From: Syntrophaceae bacterium
GTDB taxonomy: Bacteria > Desulfobacterota > Syntrophia > Syntrophales > Smithellaceae
DNA: 64,000 nucleotides
Direction: 5' to 3'
Assembly (NCBI GenBank): GCA_018436925.1
Contig: JAHDKI010000012.1
Span: forward strand, 4,324-68,323
The position numbers and the translations under genes are program-made. Under the pieces are notes generated by a model. That model saw nothing but the letters and a program-made list of their open reading frames with translations, searched no databases and was not told where the DNA came from. Positions 17,069 through 27,729 of this stretch are shown here, piece after piece. Every line of letters starts with the position of its first letter. Position 1 is the stretch's first letter.

Positions 17069-18859
17069 TCAGGCTTCCTGAACGATGTCGTCCTTGCGGC
17101 CCAGCGAGCGGGTCACGCGCAGCACTTCTTCAGTGGTGGTGAGGCCGGCCAGAACCTTCTGAATGCCGTCCTGCTGGAGCGTGATCATCCCGCGCCGGAT
17201 CGCCAGCTCGTTTAACTGATTCGAATCCGAGGTCGTAAGCACCAGCTTTTTGATAGGATCGTCCACCACCAGAATTTCAAAAATCGCCGTCCGGCCCCTG
17301 AAACCGGTCTGCATGCACAGATTGCAGCCTCTTTTGCGGTAAAACGTGTTGTCGCCGAGCACGGAGTGATCCAGGCCCAAATTGGCGAGCGTCTCGTCAT
17401 CGGGCGTGTACACTTCCTTGCAATGCGGGCACAACAGGCGCACCAAACGCTGGGCGATGATGGCCACCACCGACGAGGTCACCAAAAACGGTTCGATGCC
17501 CATGTCGATGAGCCGCGTGACGGCGCTGGCCGCATCGTTGGTGTGCAGCGTCGAGAAAACCAGATGGCCGGTCAGAGATGACTGGATGGCGATTTCCGCC
17601 GTTTCGCGGTCGCGGATTTCGCCCACCAGAATCACATCCGGGTCCTGGCGGACGATAGAGCGCAGCCCCGCGGCAAACGTCAGATCGATTTTAGGATTGA
17701 CCTGGATCTGGCCCACGCCGTCGATCTGATATTCAATCGGGTCTTCGATGGTAATAATGTTGATCTCCGGGCGGTTGATCGTGGAGAGCGCCGCATAAAG
17801 CGTCGTGGTCTTGCCGCTGCCGGTGGGACCGGTCACCAGGATGATGCCGTAAGGCGACTTGATCAGACGGTCTAAAAGCCGGATCCGCTCGTCATGCATC
17901 CCCAGATCCCGAAGCTTTAAAATATCGGAGGATTTGTCCAGAAGTCTTAGCACCACGCGTTCGCCGAACGCCGTCGGAAGCACGGAGACGCGCACATCAA
18001 TCAGGCGGTCGCCGATTTTCAGCTCAATGCGCCCGTCCTGCGGCAGGCGCTTTTCGGCGATATTGAGCTTGGCCATGATCTTGATGCGGCTCACCAGAGG
18101 CGATTGAATTTTGCGCGGCAGGCTCAGAATGTCGTAGAGAATGCCGTCGATGCGGTAGCGGATCTTGAGCGCGCCGGAATACGGTTCGACGTGAATATCG
18201 CTGGCCCGGTCCTTGATGGCGCCGGAAACAAGCAGGTTGACGAGCTTGATGATCGGCGCGTCGCTCGTTTCGTCGAGCAGATCGGCCGTCTCGCTGATCT
18301 CCGAGATGAGGTCGTCGGCCGTCTCCTCGCTGATCTCGTTATAATAATCCTTCGCAGTGGCGCGGCTGGTGTCGTAGGCCAGGTTGATCGCCGCAAGAAT
18401 CGCTTCCTGAGGCGCAAGGACCGTTTGCAGGTCGTCGCGGCGCAGCAGATGCCGCAGATCGTCGGCGGGCTGAAAGTGGGTCGGATCTGAAATCGCGATC
18501 GCGGCGGCCTGGGCCGTGATGATCGGAACCATCTTATATTTCTTGAGGTAAGCGATGGTCGCCAGCCGCGTGAAATCGACGTCGATGCTTTCCATCGGCA
18601 GCTCGCGCCAGACGGGAAGTCCGTAGTGGTCGGAAAGGATTTGAAGCAGGCGCTTTTCATCCAGCGCTTTTTTGCGCAAAAGCGTTTCAAAAAACCCGCC
18701 GCCCGATTTGGCGCGCGCCTCGCGGGCTTCGTCAAGCAGCTGGGCCGACACGCCCGCCGCAAGAAGCTTTTCTTCCAGAGGCGTCCGCCCCCGGGAAGGC
18801 GCCTGCGCCTGCGTCTTTGCGGACGCGGTGGATTTCAGAGCGGATAAAATCGTGGACAT
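17069..18859 (-). CDS. gspE: type II secretion ATPase GspE
   Basis: Walker A GPTGSGKTT, Asp/His boxes, a tetracysteine CPHC...CNLC and a T2SSE N-terminal domain. Confidence 0.9.
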   Translation of the reverse strand: MSTILSALKSTASAKTQAQAPSRGRTPLEEKLLAAGVSAQLLDEAREARAKSGGGFFETLLRKKALDEKRLLQILSDHYGLPVWRELPMESIDVDFTRLATIAYLKKYKMVPIITAQAAAIAISDPTHFQPADDLRHLLRRDDLQTVLAPQEAILAAINLAYDTSRATAKDYYNEISEETADDLISEISETADLLDETSDAPIIKLVNLLVSGAIKDRASDIHVEPYSGALKIRYRIDGILYDILSLPRKIQSPLVSRIKIMAKLNIAEKRLPQDGRIELKIGDRLIDVRVSVLPTAFGERVVLRLLDKSSDILKLRDLGMHDERIRLLDRLIKSPYGIILVTGPTGSGKTTTLYAALSTINRPEINIITIEDPIEYQIDGVGQIQVNPKIDLTFAAGLRSIVRQDPDVILVGEIRDRETAEIAIQSSLTGHLVFSTLHTNDAASAVTRLIDMGIEPFLVTSSVVAIIAQRLVRLLCPHCKEVYTPDDETLANLGLDHSVLGDNTFYRKRGCNLCMQTGFRGRTAIFEILVVDDPIKKLVLTTSDSNQLNELAIRRGMITLQQDGIQKVLAGLTTTEEVLRVTRSLGRKDDIVQEA

Positions 18860-18880
18860 CTGAACGACTCGTCCTTTCTT

Positions 18881-21154
18881 TCAGGGCTTTTCCGGCTTGG
18901 ACACTTCAGGCTTTTGTTCTTCCTTCGGCTGCGGCATCTCCTCCTGCGGCCCATCCGGCTGCGCGGTTTCCGGCTGAGCGCCTTCTGCGCGCGGCCGCCT
19001 TTCATTGAGCCGGATCACACCGTCGACCACTTCGCCCATGCTTTCGCGTTTTTGCGAAAAAATCGCCTCCGCGTCCTGTTGCGTCCGGACGATCTGCGGC
19101 GTCAGAAAAACATAGAGGTTCGTTTTTTCGCGCGTCTGGCTTTTGGATTTGAACAGCCAGCCCAGAAGCGGAATTTCGCCCAGAAGCGGCACTTTGCTGA
19201 CATTGTCGTCGGTGCTGTCGCCGATCAGCCCGCCGATCACGATCGTTTCCTTGTCTTTAATGACAACCGTGGTTTTGACCGTTCTTTTAAGCGTGGTGGG
19301 CGTGGCCTTGTCCGCCCCGGAGGTCACTTTCGTCACTTCCTGGGAGATTTTCAGACGGATCAGATTCTCTTCGTTGATGTTGGGCGTGATGTTGAGGACG
19401 ACGCCGACATCTTTATACTCGTAAGTGTTGTAGTTCACCAGCGTGCTGGTTGTGGTCGATTCCTGCCTCGTGATGTAGGGCACGTTGGAGCCGACGTTGA
19501 TTTCCGCTTCTTCGTTGTCGAGCGTCATCAGCTGCGGCGTGGACAGAATCGACACGTCCTTGTCGTGTTTGTACGCCTGGACCATCGCACCGATCGTTGG
19601 AAAAACGACTTCGCCGATCTTGATGCCCGCGCCGATGATGCCCATGGAAAAACCCGAAGGAAAAGCCAGCGCGGAAAGCGTCGTATCGGCAATGGCCGTC
19701 GCGGAGGGAAGCAGGCCGGTCCCGGACCCGATAAAGCCCGCCGAACGCGCGTTGTCGAAGCCGGTAATGGAGCCGGTGTCTTTCACGCCCCGCCATTCCA
19801 CGCCGAGGTTGAAATCCTTGGTAGCGTTGACTTCCATAATCAGCGCCTCGATATAGACCATCGCGCGCGGCACGTCGAGCTGCTTGATGATGTTTTCCAT
19901 GATCTTGTAGTCTTCGCGCTCGGCCATGATGACCAGCGTGTTGGTGGCCTTGTCGGGCACGATCTGCACGTTGCGCGACACCACCGGCGCGCTGCGAACC
20001 GGAGAGGGCGCGCCCGGCGCCGCCGCGGTTGCGGACCCGGCGGACGACGATGATTCCCGGACAATGCTGGTGAGCACCTTGGCCAAATCCTCGGCCACGG
20101 CGTTTTGGAGCCGGTAGACCTGAATGTTGGATTCGCCGCGCGGCACATCCTTATCCATCAGCGCAATCAGTCTTCGAACACCTTCCGTGTCTGAAACGCT
20201 GGCGAAAATGATGACGGAATTCGTCCGGGTATCGGCCACCAGCCGGATGCTGCGGACATTGGGACGCCGCTGCTGAAAAATGCCGGACAGCGATTTGACC
20301 ACTTCCGAGGCGGACGCGTTTTGCAGGGCCACGTAAGTGATCTGATCTCCGGCTTCCTCGACGTCGAGAGCGCGGATGATCTCCTCGATTCTGCGGACAT
20401 TGGACAGATAGTCGGTAATGATGAGCACGCCGGCCGGCGGATAGGACAGAACCGAACTCGTGCGCGGCACGATGGGGTCCAAAACGCGCTTGACTTCGTC
20501 GGGGTTGGCGCGGTCCAGCGCGATGATCTGCGTGACGATCCGGTCGTCGGTCTCGACGCCGTCGCGGACGATTCTCGTCTCGACGCTCTTTTCCCGCGCG
20601 GTGGCCGCCGGCACGATCTTGACCATGTCGCCCACCGGCACCGTGGCGAACCCGTTCATCTCCAGAACGGACAAAAAGACCTTGTAAACGTCGGACAGCG
20701 GAATCTTGTTGGGCGAGATGATGGTGACCTTGCCCCGCACCTTGTCGTCGATGATGAAATTCTTGCCGACCAGTTCGCTGACGAATTTCACGAAGGTTTC
20801 AATGTTCACGTTGTCGAAATCGAGCGTGACATACTTTTCTTCCTGTTTTTGCTTCCGGGGCTGGACGCGCTTTTTGGGCCGGTCCTTTTTCGGCGCCAAA
20901 GCGGAATCGCCTCCGGCTTCGGCGGCGCCTAAGGCTTCCGGTTGATCCGCCTTTGCGGCCGGCGCGGGCTCGGCGGCCGCGTCCGTTCGGCTCGAAGCGG
21001 ACGTCTCGTCGGCGGATGCGGCCGAAGGCGGGCTTTGTCCCGTGTCGAGGCGCGCGGCCGACAAGGGCGCCGACAAAAACAGGATCGTCAGACAGCCGGC
21101 GGCAAAGACGGCCAGTCCGATGAAAAAGGGTTGCATGACGGATTTCAGCTTCAT
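18881..21154 (-). CDS. gspD: type II secretion secretin GspD
   Basis: 757 aa with a signal peptide, repeated N domains and a C-terminal secretin core (VPLLGEIPLLGWLFK). Confidence 0.9.
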   Translation of the reverse strand: MKLKSVMQPFFIGLAVFAAGCLTILFLSAPLSAARLDTGQSPPSAASADETSASSRTDAAAEPAPAAKADQPEALGAAEAGGDSALAPKKDRPKKRVQPRKQKQEEKYVTLDFDNVNIETFVKFVSELVGKNFIIDDKVRGKVTIISPNKIPLSDVYKVFLSVLEMNGFATVPVGDMVKIVPAATAREKSVETRIVRDGVETDDRIVTQIIALDRANPDEVKRVLDPIVPRTSSVLSYPPAGVLIITDYLSNVRRIEEIIRALDVEEAGDQITYVALQNASASEVVKSLSGIFQQRRPNVRSIRLVADTRTNSVIIFASVSDTEGVRRLIALMDKDVPRGESNIQVYRLQNAVAEDLAKVLTSIVRESSSSAGSATAAAPGAPSPVRSAPVVSRNVQIVPDKATNTLVIMAEREDYKIMENIIKQLDVPRAMVYIEALIMEVNATKDFNLGVEWRGVKDTGSITGFDNARSAGFIGSGTGLLPSATAIADTTLSALAFPSGFSMGIIGAGIKIGEVVFPTIGAMVQAYKHDKDVSILSTPQLMTLDNEEAEINVGSNVPYITRQESTTTSTLVNYNTYEYKDVGVVLNITPNINEENLIRLKISQEVTKVTSGADKATPTTLKRTVKTTVVIKDKETIVIGGLIGDSTDDNVSKVPLLGEIPLLGWLFKSKSQTREKTNLYVFLTPQIVRTQQDAEAIFSQKRESMGEVVDGVIRLNERRPRAEGAQPETAQPDGPQEEMPQPKEEQKPEVSKPEKP

Positions 21155-21993
21155 TCGTTTCTTCCCTCTGACATTTGTTTGTATTCCGGCAAGGCCGCCA
21201 CGGCTTTAAGGTCCTGATCATCAGCCACCCAAAGGCGGACATCCGGATTGAAGTCCATCGCATTTTTCAGATAAAAGAGACTGCGGGAGACATCGTTTTG
21301 TCTGGCGTAAACACAGGCCAGATTGTAGTGCGCTTTGACGTAGTCGTGACGAATGGCGAGCGCGTCCTCAAAATAGCCGATCGCCTGCGGATACTTTTTG
21401 CGGGTCATGCAGATCACTCCCAAATTGTTAATCGCCGCCAGATGGCGCGGATCGGTTTGCAGAATTTGCTTGTAGAGCCGCTCCGCGTCGTCATACTTCC
21501 TGTTCTGATGAAGCCCGAGAGCTTTGGCATAGAGCGTCTCCGCATCAGGTTGTCTCGCCTTTGGGGCTGCGGAGGAAAGCGTTCGCGCCGGCGCAGGCGG
21601 CGCGGCTTTCCTGTCCGCCGGTGGGCGCGCCGCGGTTTGCGCAGGCGGAGCGGCCGACTCCGCCGATTCGGCCGCGGCCGGCTTTTCCGGCGCGGAAAGC
21701 CCAGGTTCAGACAAGGCCGCTTGCGGCAAAGAGGAATCCGCCGATGCGGCGGCGGGCGCTTCCGCCCCGGCGACGACCGCCGCAGGCGTTTTTGCCGGCT
21801 CGGCCCAAGGCCAGTACATCAAGGCGATCATGCCGGCCGCAAACACGAGCACCAGTAAAATGCCTGCGATGGACAAAACTGGGGAGTAGGTCTTCGGGGG
21901 CTCGACCGGAGCCGCCACCACAGGACCAAACACGCTGTAAGACGGCTTGCTTTCCTGCTGCGCCTTGCGCAATGCGTCGTTTATGTAGCTCAT
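21151..21993 (-). CDS. GspB-like N-terminus / TPR-repeat secretion accessory protein
   Basis: Start moved to MSYINDALRKAQQE (GspB-type N-terminus). One TM segment, an Ala/Pro-rich linker and C-terminal TPR repeats. Partner of the ExeA-like ATPase. Confidence 0.55.
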   Translation of the reverse strand: MSYINDALRKAQQESKPSYSVFGPVVAAPVEPPKTYSPVLSIAGILLVLVFAAGMIALMYWPWAEPAKTPAAVVAGAEAPAAASADSSLPQAALSEPGLSAPEKPAAAESAESAAPPAQTAARPPADRKAAPPAPARTLSSAAPKARQPDAETLYAKALGLHQNRKYDDAERLYKQILQTDPRHLAAINNLGVICMTRKKYPQAIGYFEDALAIRHDYVKAHYNLACVYARQNDVSRSLFYLKNAMDFNPDVRLWVADDQDLKAVAALPEYKQMSEGRNE

Positions 21994-22028
21994 AATCCCC
22001 CTCGGGTCAAGCCTCCGGCGGCTTTCAT

Positions 22029-22892
22029 TCAGGCCGTCAGTCGCGCCCAGAGTTTCCTGGAAAAACTGATGGTTTTCTGAAAATACGCATCGCCGATATC
22101 CCGCGCCGCCCGGCGAACGATCCAGCGGTTGATTTTCGTCGCGTTGCGCGTATAGGCCACCAGAAACGCGCGGTCGCATATCGCATTGATCCGCCTGGGG
22201 ATGCCTTCGGAATAGGCATAGATCAGTCTGTAGGCCCCCCGCGTCAACCGAACCTTTCCCGGTCCGCCGGCCACTTTGAGCCGATGCGCGATGTAGCGCT
22301 CCATATCGGCCGACAAAAGCGGCCTAAGCTCGTGGCGGACGGTGATGCGTTCGTTCAGCTGTCTGAGCGCCGGCAAAGTCAGCGTGTCTTTGAGCTCCGG
22401 CTGTCCGACCAGCACGATTTGCAAAAGCTTTTCTTTCTCCGTCTCCAGATTGGACAGCATCCGGATCTGTTCGAGAACCCCGTGAGACAGGTTTTGCGCC
22501 TCGTCAACCAACAGAAGCGCGTTGCGCCCTTTCGCGAAAGTTTCAAGCAGAAAGACATTGAGCTTATCCACATAGCTTTTCCGCGACCGCACCGCTCCCG
22601 GGTCGACGCCGAATTCCGTAAGGATCGTCTCGAGCAGATCGAGTTCGGAAATCGAGGTGTTGAAGATCAGCGCCGTTTCGATGAGTCCGTCCATCACCGC
22701 CAGAAGCGACCGGCAGATCGTGGTCTTGCCGGTGCCGATATCGCCGGAGATCATCATGAAGCCTTTCTTTTCCACGATGCCGTAAATCAGATAGTTAAGA
22801 GCGTCCCGATGCTGTTCGCTCAGGTATAAATACCCCGGCTCCGGCGACAGCCTGAAGGGATTTTCCTTAAACCCGAAATACGCCTCGTACAT
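22029..22892 (-). CDS. ExeA/GspA-like AAA ATPase
   Basis: Starts MYEAYFGFKENPF. Walker A GDIGTGKTT and Walker B LLVDEAQ. Confidence 0.8.
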   Translation of the reverse strand: MYEAYFGFKENPFRLSPEPGYLYLSEQHRDALNYLIYGIVEKKGFMMISGDIGTGKTTICRSLLAVMDGLIETALIFNTSISELDLLETILTEFGVDPGAVRSRKSYVDKLNVFLLETFAKGRNALLLVDEAQNLSHGVLEQIRMLSNLETEKEKLLQIVLVGQPELKDTLTLPALRQLNERITVRHELRPLLSADMERYIAHRLKVAGGPGKVRLTRGAYRLIYAYSEGIPRRINAICDRAFLVAYTRNATKINRWIVRRAARDIGDAYFQKTISFSRKLWARLTA

Positions 22893-22910
22893 GAATCCAA
22901 CTCCTTTGGT

Positions 22911-23846
22911 TCAGTGAAAAGAATAGTTGAGGGTTTCCGTATTGCCGTTGCGGATCAGGTTGACGGAGATGCCGCCGCCCGACTGCATCGTGCCCACCAG
23001 ATCCATCAGGTCGTCCGCACCCGACAAGGCTTTGCCGTTGACATCGACGATCACATCGCCGTTTTGGAGTCCCAGTTTTTCATAGAGGCTGCCCGGCACA
23101 ATGTTTGAAATCATGAAGCCCTCCTGGACGCCGTCTTTCAGGGACGGGCGCACCACCGCCTGACTCATGATCGATTTCAGGTCGGCCAGGCTCCGGTTGA
23201 CCTCCTCGCGGCTGATGGCGATGCCCGAGGGCGCGTGGCTTGCGTCGGATCGCCCGGAGCGCGTCATCAGCGATCCGCCCTCGGCCGTGTCTTTAATGCG
23301 CATGACGAGCTCGCGGCCGCCGCTGGTCAGCATGGCGGCGTTTCTGGTAATGCGAACCAGCCTGGCCGAGCCGATCATGTCGCCGATCCGGTAGATCTTC
23401 TGCTTGCCCTTGCCTTTTTCTTCGACCACCGCGAACCCGAACGCATCGTCCGACGCGATGGTGCCTTTGAGGTCGTAGGCCGTGTATTCCTCTCCGGTGA
23501 TGTAAGCATTGCCGCCTTGCGGCAACCCGTCGTCCACCGCGCTTTGCGCGGTGGCGAAAAGATTGCGCCGCACCACAATGTCGAAATCAGCGATCGTCCG
23601 CGGTTTCTCCGGCGGCGCCGACTCCTGGGAGACCGGCTGCAAGACGGCCGAAGGTTCAGTAAATGCGAGCGCCGCCGCCTTGTAGACGATGCCCACGCTC
23701 AGATACGAGATGAGCGTGATGCTCGCGACGGCGAGCGCGGGAAGAAGCATCCGGGCGGCCGACGCCGGATCGCCCAGAAGGCCGGCGGCGCGCTCGCCCG
23801 ATTTTTTCATCCCCCGCATGAACTTCGCTGCGATGTCTTCCAACAT
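22911..23846 (-). CDS. gspC: type II secretion protein GspC (PDZ domain)
   Basis: N-terminal TM segment and a C-terminal PDZ-like segment (NIVPGSLYEKLGLQNGDVIVDVNGKAL). Position in the gsp cluster. Confidence 0.65.
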   Translation of the reverse strand: MLEDIAAKFMRGMKKSGERAAGLLGDPASAARMLLPALAVASITLISYLSVGIVYKAAALAFTEPSAVLQPVSQESAPPEKPRTIADFDIVVRRNLFATAQSAVDDGLPQGGNAYITGEEYTAYDLKGTIASDDAFGFAVVEEKGKGKQKIYRIGDMIGSARLVRITRNAAMLTSGGRELVMRIKDTAEGGSLMTRSGRSDASHAPSGIAISREEVNRSLADLKSIMSQAVVRPSLKDGVQEGFMISNIVPGSLYEKLGLQNGDVIVDVNGKALSGADDLMDLVGTMQSGGGISVNLIRNGNTETLNYSFH

Positions 23847-23865
23847 AAGTGGTTGCCCATTTATC

Positions 23866-24699
23866 CTAGATATAGCGAATTATCGGGTTTTGCAGCGTTC
23901 CGCCGAGCGTGACGTTCATCTTCATTTTGTTTTGCCCGGTGAGCTCAAAAACCCCTTTAAGATTAAGCGCGCTTTGGGAGACATCCGGCGCAAGCGTCAT
24001 CTGGCCGGTTAGAAAACAGTTAAGCGTCGTCCCGTATAATTCCAGTTTTTCAAGCGTGACCACCCCGCCCTGGAGTCGCGCCTGTAATTCTCCCCGGTCG
24101 AACTCCAGCCGGTCGATGCCCACAAACGGCTCCGGCAGCACATAGACTCCGCGGGTCAGATGCAACGAAACCTCGCCGTCGGGATAGGCCCCCCGCCCGG
24201 AAACACCATTGTATGCCACATTGCCGCTTAGAAAACCGCTCGCGCCCCGGACAGGAAGAATCGCCGCGAGCGGCAGTCGGGCCAGATCGATTTTCTCAAA
24301 ACGCATCCGGACCTCCTCCGGCGGCCGGTTCACAGCCAGGGAGGCAAAGCCGACGATTCCGTCAAACCCGCCGCCGTAGGCCCGACCCTGGACGGCAGTC
24401 TGCTTAAGTCGAGAAAACGCCGTCCACCAGCGCGGCTGCAAACGGATTCTGTCCGCCTGAATGTCGCGGGCGCCCGGCGCGTTAAATACCGCAAGCGAAA
24501 CCTCTTGCAGTGTCACCCCCCAGGGAAGCGACGGCGCCACGGACGCCACCTGAAAGCGCCAACCCGACTTCTGCGCGGCGTTTTCCATGAGCCTTGCGGC
24601 AGGCTCCGCCGGAAAGAGCGCATACAGAAAAACCCCGGTGATCGCCACGGCGTAAAGCGAATACCAAAACCCCTTTTTCCTCAAAAATCGCATGCTCAC
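23866..24699 (-). CDS. gspN: type II secretion protein GspN-like
   Basis: 277 aa with a single N-terminal TM segment, located directly after gspM. Call is based mainly on position. Confidence 0.45.
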   Translation of the reverse strand: MSMRFLRKKGFWYSLYAVAITGVFLYALFPAEPAARLMENAAQKSGWRFQVASVAPSLPWGVTLQEVSLAVFNAPGARDIQADRIRLQPRWWTAFSRLKQTAVQGRAYGGGFDGIVGFASLAVNRPPEEVRMRFEKIDLARLPLAAILPVRGASGFLSGNVAYNGVSGRGAYPDGEVSLHLTRGVYVLPEPFVGIDRLEFDRGELQARLQGGVVTLEKLELYGTTLNCFLTGQMTLAPDVSQSALNLKGVFELTGQNKMKMNVTLGGTLQNPIIRYI

Positions 24700-25250
24700 G
24701 GACCTCCGGGGCTTGCCGGCTGATAGGAGGCAACCAGCAAAGAAACACTCAGATACTCGGGCGACTCTTTCATCCGGGTCACCTGAAGCCTTTTTACCCG
24801 GACCATCTCTCCGGGCGCTTCCACGTAAAACAGAAATTCCGCCAGTTGTTTCATCGTCAGTTTATCGAGCTTCACGTCCACGATCGTCTCTTCCAGCGAG
24901 GACGTTTTCGCGCCGGCGACGGACTGCATCTGCCGGATGCGGCCTTTGACGCCCGCGGCCACCGCTTTTTGATCCAGATAAGAAAAGAGCGTGAAATTCG
25001 CCCGGCGACCGGCAAGCGTTTTGCGGATTTCCGAAAGCTTCGCGTCCTGACGGGAGAAAAGATCGTCGAGGCGGATCATCTCCGCAAGACTGGCCCGGTT
25101 GGCCACGATCGACCGCCGGGCTTTGGCCGCCGATTCACGATATGGCGACCAGGCGAATTCAAACAAAAGCAGCAACAGCGCAAGGCCCGCTCCAACCGAA
25201 ACGAAAAGGCGCTGCCTGGTGTCGAGTTTCTCCCAAAACGCGCGAATCAT
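24696..25250 (-). CDS. gspM: type II secretion protein GspM
   Basis: 184 aa, bitopic, with overlapping stop/start with gspL and gspN. Confidence 0.55.
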   Translation of the reverse strand: MIRAFWEKLDTRQRLFVSVGAGLALLLLLFEFAWSPYRESAAKARRSIVANRASLAEMIRLDDLFSRQDAKLSEIRKTLAGRRANFTLFSYLDQKAVAAGVKGRIRQMQSVAGAKTSSLEETIVDVKLDKLTMKQLAEFLFYVEAPGEMVRVKRLQVTRMKESPEYLSVSLLVASYQPASPGGP

Positions 25251-26755
25251 TTCATCTCCAGTCTTAAATCAAAATTGACCTTGGTTTTGTCCGACGACAT
25301 GCTTGTGGACCCGGGCGTGACGGCGGCAAAGGACGGAGATTTGGCCAGCTCGGCGGCCGCCGCGGCCACAACGTCCATCGAGGCCGCCTGGCCTTTGATG
25401 AGCACGCTCTTGTTTTCGCAGTAGAGGTCCGAAAGCGTCAGATCCGCCTCCGGCGGAATCCGCAAGGAAAGCTCGCGCAGAAGCCCCGCCATCGTGAGGT
25501 CGGCGGCGCCGGAAGACAGGCCGTAGGCCTTTTCGTTTTCGGCAAGCTTCGCCTTGAGCTGGCCCGGCGGATCCACCATGACCGCCGCAGCCCCCATGTT
25601 CTTTTTAAACAAGGCGCTGATCCTCGTTTTAAGCGCGTCGGCCTCGGCCTGCCGGACGCGATGGCTCAAATAGATATTGCCGGCCGCAAGCCCGACGATC
25701 ACCGCCGCGGCTATGGCAAACCGCCGGAGCCTTCCTCTGAAAACCGCAAACGGATTTAAAGACGCGGCCTCGTCGCGATAGAAGTTGAAAGAACGGCGCG
25801 TTCCGAATGCGCGCGTGGCGGCGGCAAACGCCGTATTCATCCGTTGCGGCAAAAACGCCCCCGGCAATTTGGCCGCGCTTTGCGCGCCTTTGGCCCCCGG
25901 CAGATCGAGCATGTCCGGAGAAACGCCGAACGCGCGGGCGAGCTCGTCTTGAAGGGGCAGGAAAAGCGATCCTCCGCCCGACAGCAGAATCTGCTGCGGT
26001 TTGAGGGTTTCGTCCCCGGAGAGATTCAAGGATTCAATAGTGCTTTCCAGTTCCGCGCAAAACTCGCGGCAGGCCGCCTGGACCTGCCCGTCGCTTTGCG
26101 GAAACCGGCCGCCGATTTTATGCGCTTCGGCTTCCTCTTCGCCGCAGGTCAGGTCTTCGGCCAAAGCCTGGGTGATCCGGCGGCCGCCGAATGCGAGGGT
26201 TCGCATCGCCACCGGCAAACCGGCCTCGAAAAAGACAACGGCCGTCGATTGCCGGCCGACATCCAGAAGCATCCCGAAGGGCTTGAGCTCCAGCATCCGG
26301 CCGGCCGCGGCAAGCTCAAGCGCGCCGGCCACGTCCACCGCCATGACCGGCCCAAAGACCTTGCGGGCGCTTTGGGTCCAGTCCGCAAGCCTCTTTCTGT
26401 CCACGGCCGCCACCAGAAGATCGCCTTGGGGCAGACGCAGGTAGTCGAAGGCGACTTCCTCGATCGGCATCGGCAAGAGGGGCTCCAGGGCAAAAGGCAG
26501 AGCTTTCTTGATCCGTCCTTCGTCGCGAAACGGCAGCGCCACCCGACGGAGCATCACCTCGGTGAGGGGAAGCGACAGGACGACACGAAAGGACGACGCG
26601 GTGATCCGGCCGGCCAGAGTTTGCAGCGCCGCGTCCGGGGCCTCCGCGTCCGTCCACTCGACGGTTTCGGCGGCCGTCACGCGCATGCCGGATGCGACCG
26701 ACACCGCCTTGAGGGCATCGCGCCCGATATCCAGTCCGAGGATTGCCTGCGTCAT
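25247..26755 (-). CDS. gspL: type II secretion protein GspL (PilM/actin-like N-domain)
   Basis: 502 aa with N-terminus ILGLDIGRDALKAVSV (actin-like ATPase fold), a central TM segment and a periplasmic C-domain. Confidence 0.6.
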   Translation of the reverse strand: MTQAILGLDIGRDALKAVSVASGMRVTAAETVEWTDAEAPDAALQTLAGRITASSFRVVLSLPLTEVMLRRVALPFRDEGRIKKALPFALEPLLPMPIEEVAFDYLRLPQGDLLVAAVDRKRLADWTQSARKVFGPVMAVDVAGALELAAAGRMLELKPFGMLLDVGRQSTAVVFFEAGLPVAMRTLAFGGRRITQALAEDLTCGEEEAEAHKIGGRFPQSDGQVQAACREFCAELESTIESLNLSGDETLKPQQILLSGGGSLFLPLQDELARAFGVSPDMLDLPGAKGAQSAAKLPGAFLPQRMNTAFAAATRAFGTRRSFNFYRDEAASLNPFAVFRGRLRRFAIAAAVIVGLAAGNIYLSHRVRQAEADALKTRISALFKKNMGAAAVMVDPPGQLKAKLAENEKAYGLSSGAADLTMAGLLRELSLRIPPEADLTLSDLYCENKSVLIKGQAASMDVVAAAAAELAKSPSFAAVTPGSTSMSSDKTKVNFDLRLEMK

Positions 26756-27729
26756 CCGTCGATCCTCCAGGTCAGAATGCGAAACGGCGAACGTTGAATG
26801 ACGCCGGTGACGGTCCGCTCCATTTGGCCGGCCATACCCGTAGAGACGATGCGAAAGGCGTTGCTCTTTTGATTTTCAATCATTTCCGCTTTGATCTCAA
26901 TGTTGCCCAACCCCGAAATCTTTTTGTACCAGTCGGTGCCCGACAGATCGTTGCCGTCGGCACGGCGGTAGAGGTCCATCTTTTCGGCCGCCTCCTGGGT
27001 GATGCCGTCCGACAGGGCCATGAGAACCATTTTCGGCGCGGTATTGATATTGAGCGCGCCCGTTCCATGGAGCGTCAGAAGGTCCGCGAGTCCCGGTCTT
27101 TCTTCCGTCGGGGCAAAAATTTCTCCGGTCATTCCTTTTATCATAAGCAATTCTTCAATGCAATCCAGCGGCCCGTTTTTGGCCGCGTAGGGAAAGGCCT
27201 GCGCGGCGTAATAGGCGCTTTCCGCGCCCGCGCCGGTGACCTCCTCGTCTTCGTCCATCCAATCGATGATCGCATCGACGATTTCGCCGGCCTGCTTCGG
27301 GTTCAGATCGAATCCGGGAAGCCCCAAAAGCCGCACGAGCATCTCGCGAATATCGGCGTTGACGGTGTTTCCCGTCACCAGCTTGTTGAGCGGAATCTTG
27401 CCGTGCTCATCGGACACCCGAACGACGAACCGGGCGTCGGAAAAAAGCGAGGCGGATTGCGCAGACAAGGCTTCCGCATTGGCCCAGGGCTCGCGCAGCG
27501 TGTCGTAATCGCCCCGCGCGTTGCCCACCAGCGCAGCCGCGCCGTGGAAGCCCGATTTGGCGACATAGGTCAGACGAATGCCGTCGGACAGATTGGCCGC
27601 GTCATAAATATCAACGCGCGTGGAGCGGTTGAGCTCCAGGGCGACCGGAATCAGCACGCTCACGATCAGGATGACGATGATGAGCGCGGCGCCGCGGTTA
27701 TTGCGAAACGGATTTAAAAAAGTCTTCAT
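26752..27729 (-). CDS. gspK: type II secretion minor pseudopilin GspK
   Basis: Start moved to MKTFLNPFRNNRGAALIIVILIV, which gives an ATGA overlap with the gspJ stop. GspK-like helix-hairpin-helix region. Confidence 0.7.
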   Translation of the reverse strand: MKTFLNPFRNNRGAALIIVILIVSVLIPVALELNRSTRVDIYDAANLSDGIRLTYVAKSGFHGAAALVGNARGDYDTLREPWANAEALSAQSASLFSDARFVVRVSDEHGKIPLNKLVTGNTVNADIREMLVRLLGLPGFDLNPKQAGEIVDAIIDWMDEDEEVTGAGAESAYYAAQAFPYAAKNGPLDCIEELLMIKGMTGEIFAPTEERPGLADLLTLHGTGALNINTAPKMVLMALSDGITQEAAEKMDLYRRADGNDLSGTDWYKKISGLGNIEIKAEMIENQKSNAFRIVSTGMAGQMERTVTGVIQRSPFRILTWRIDG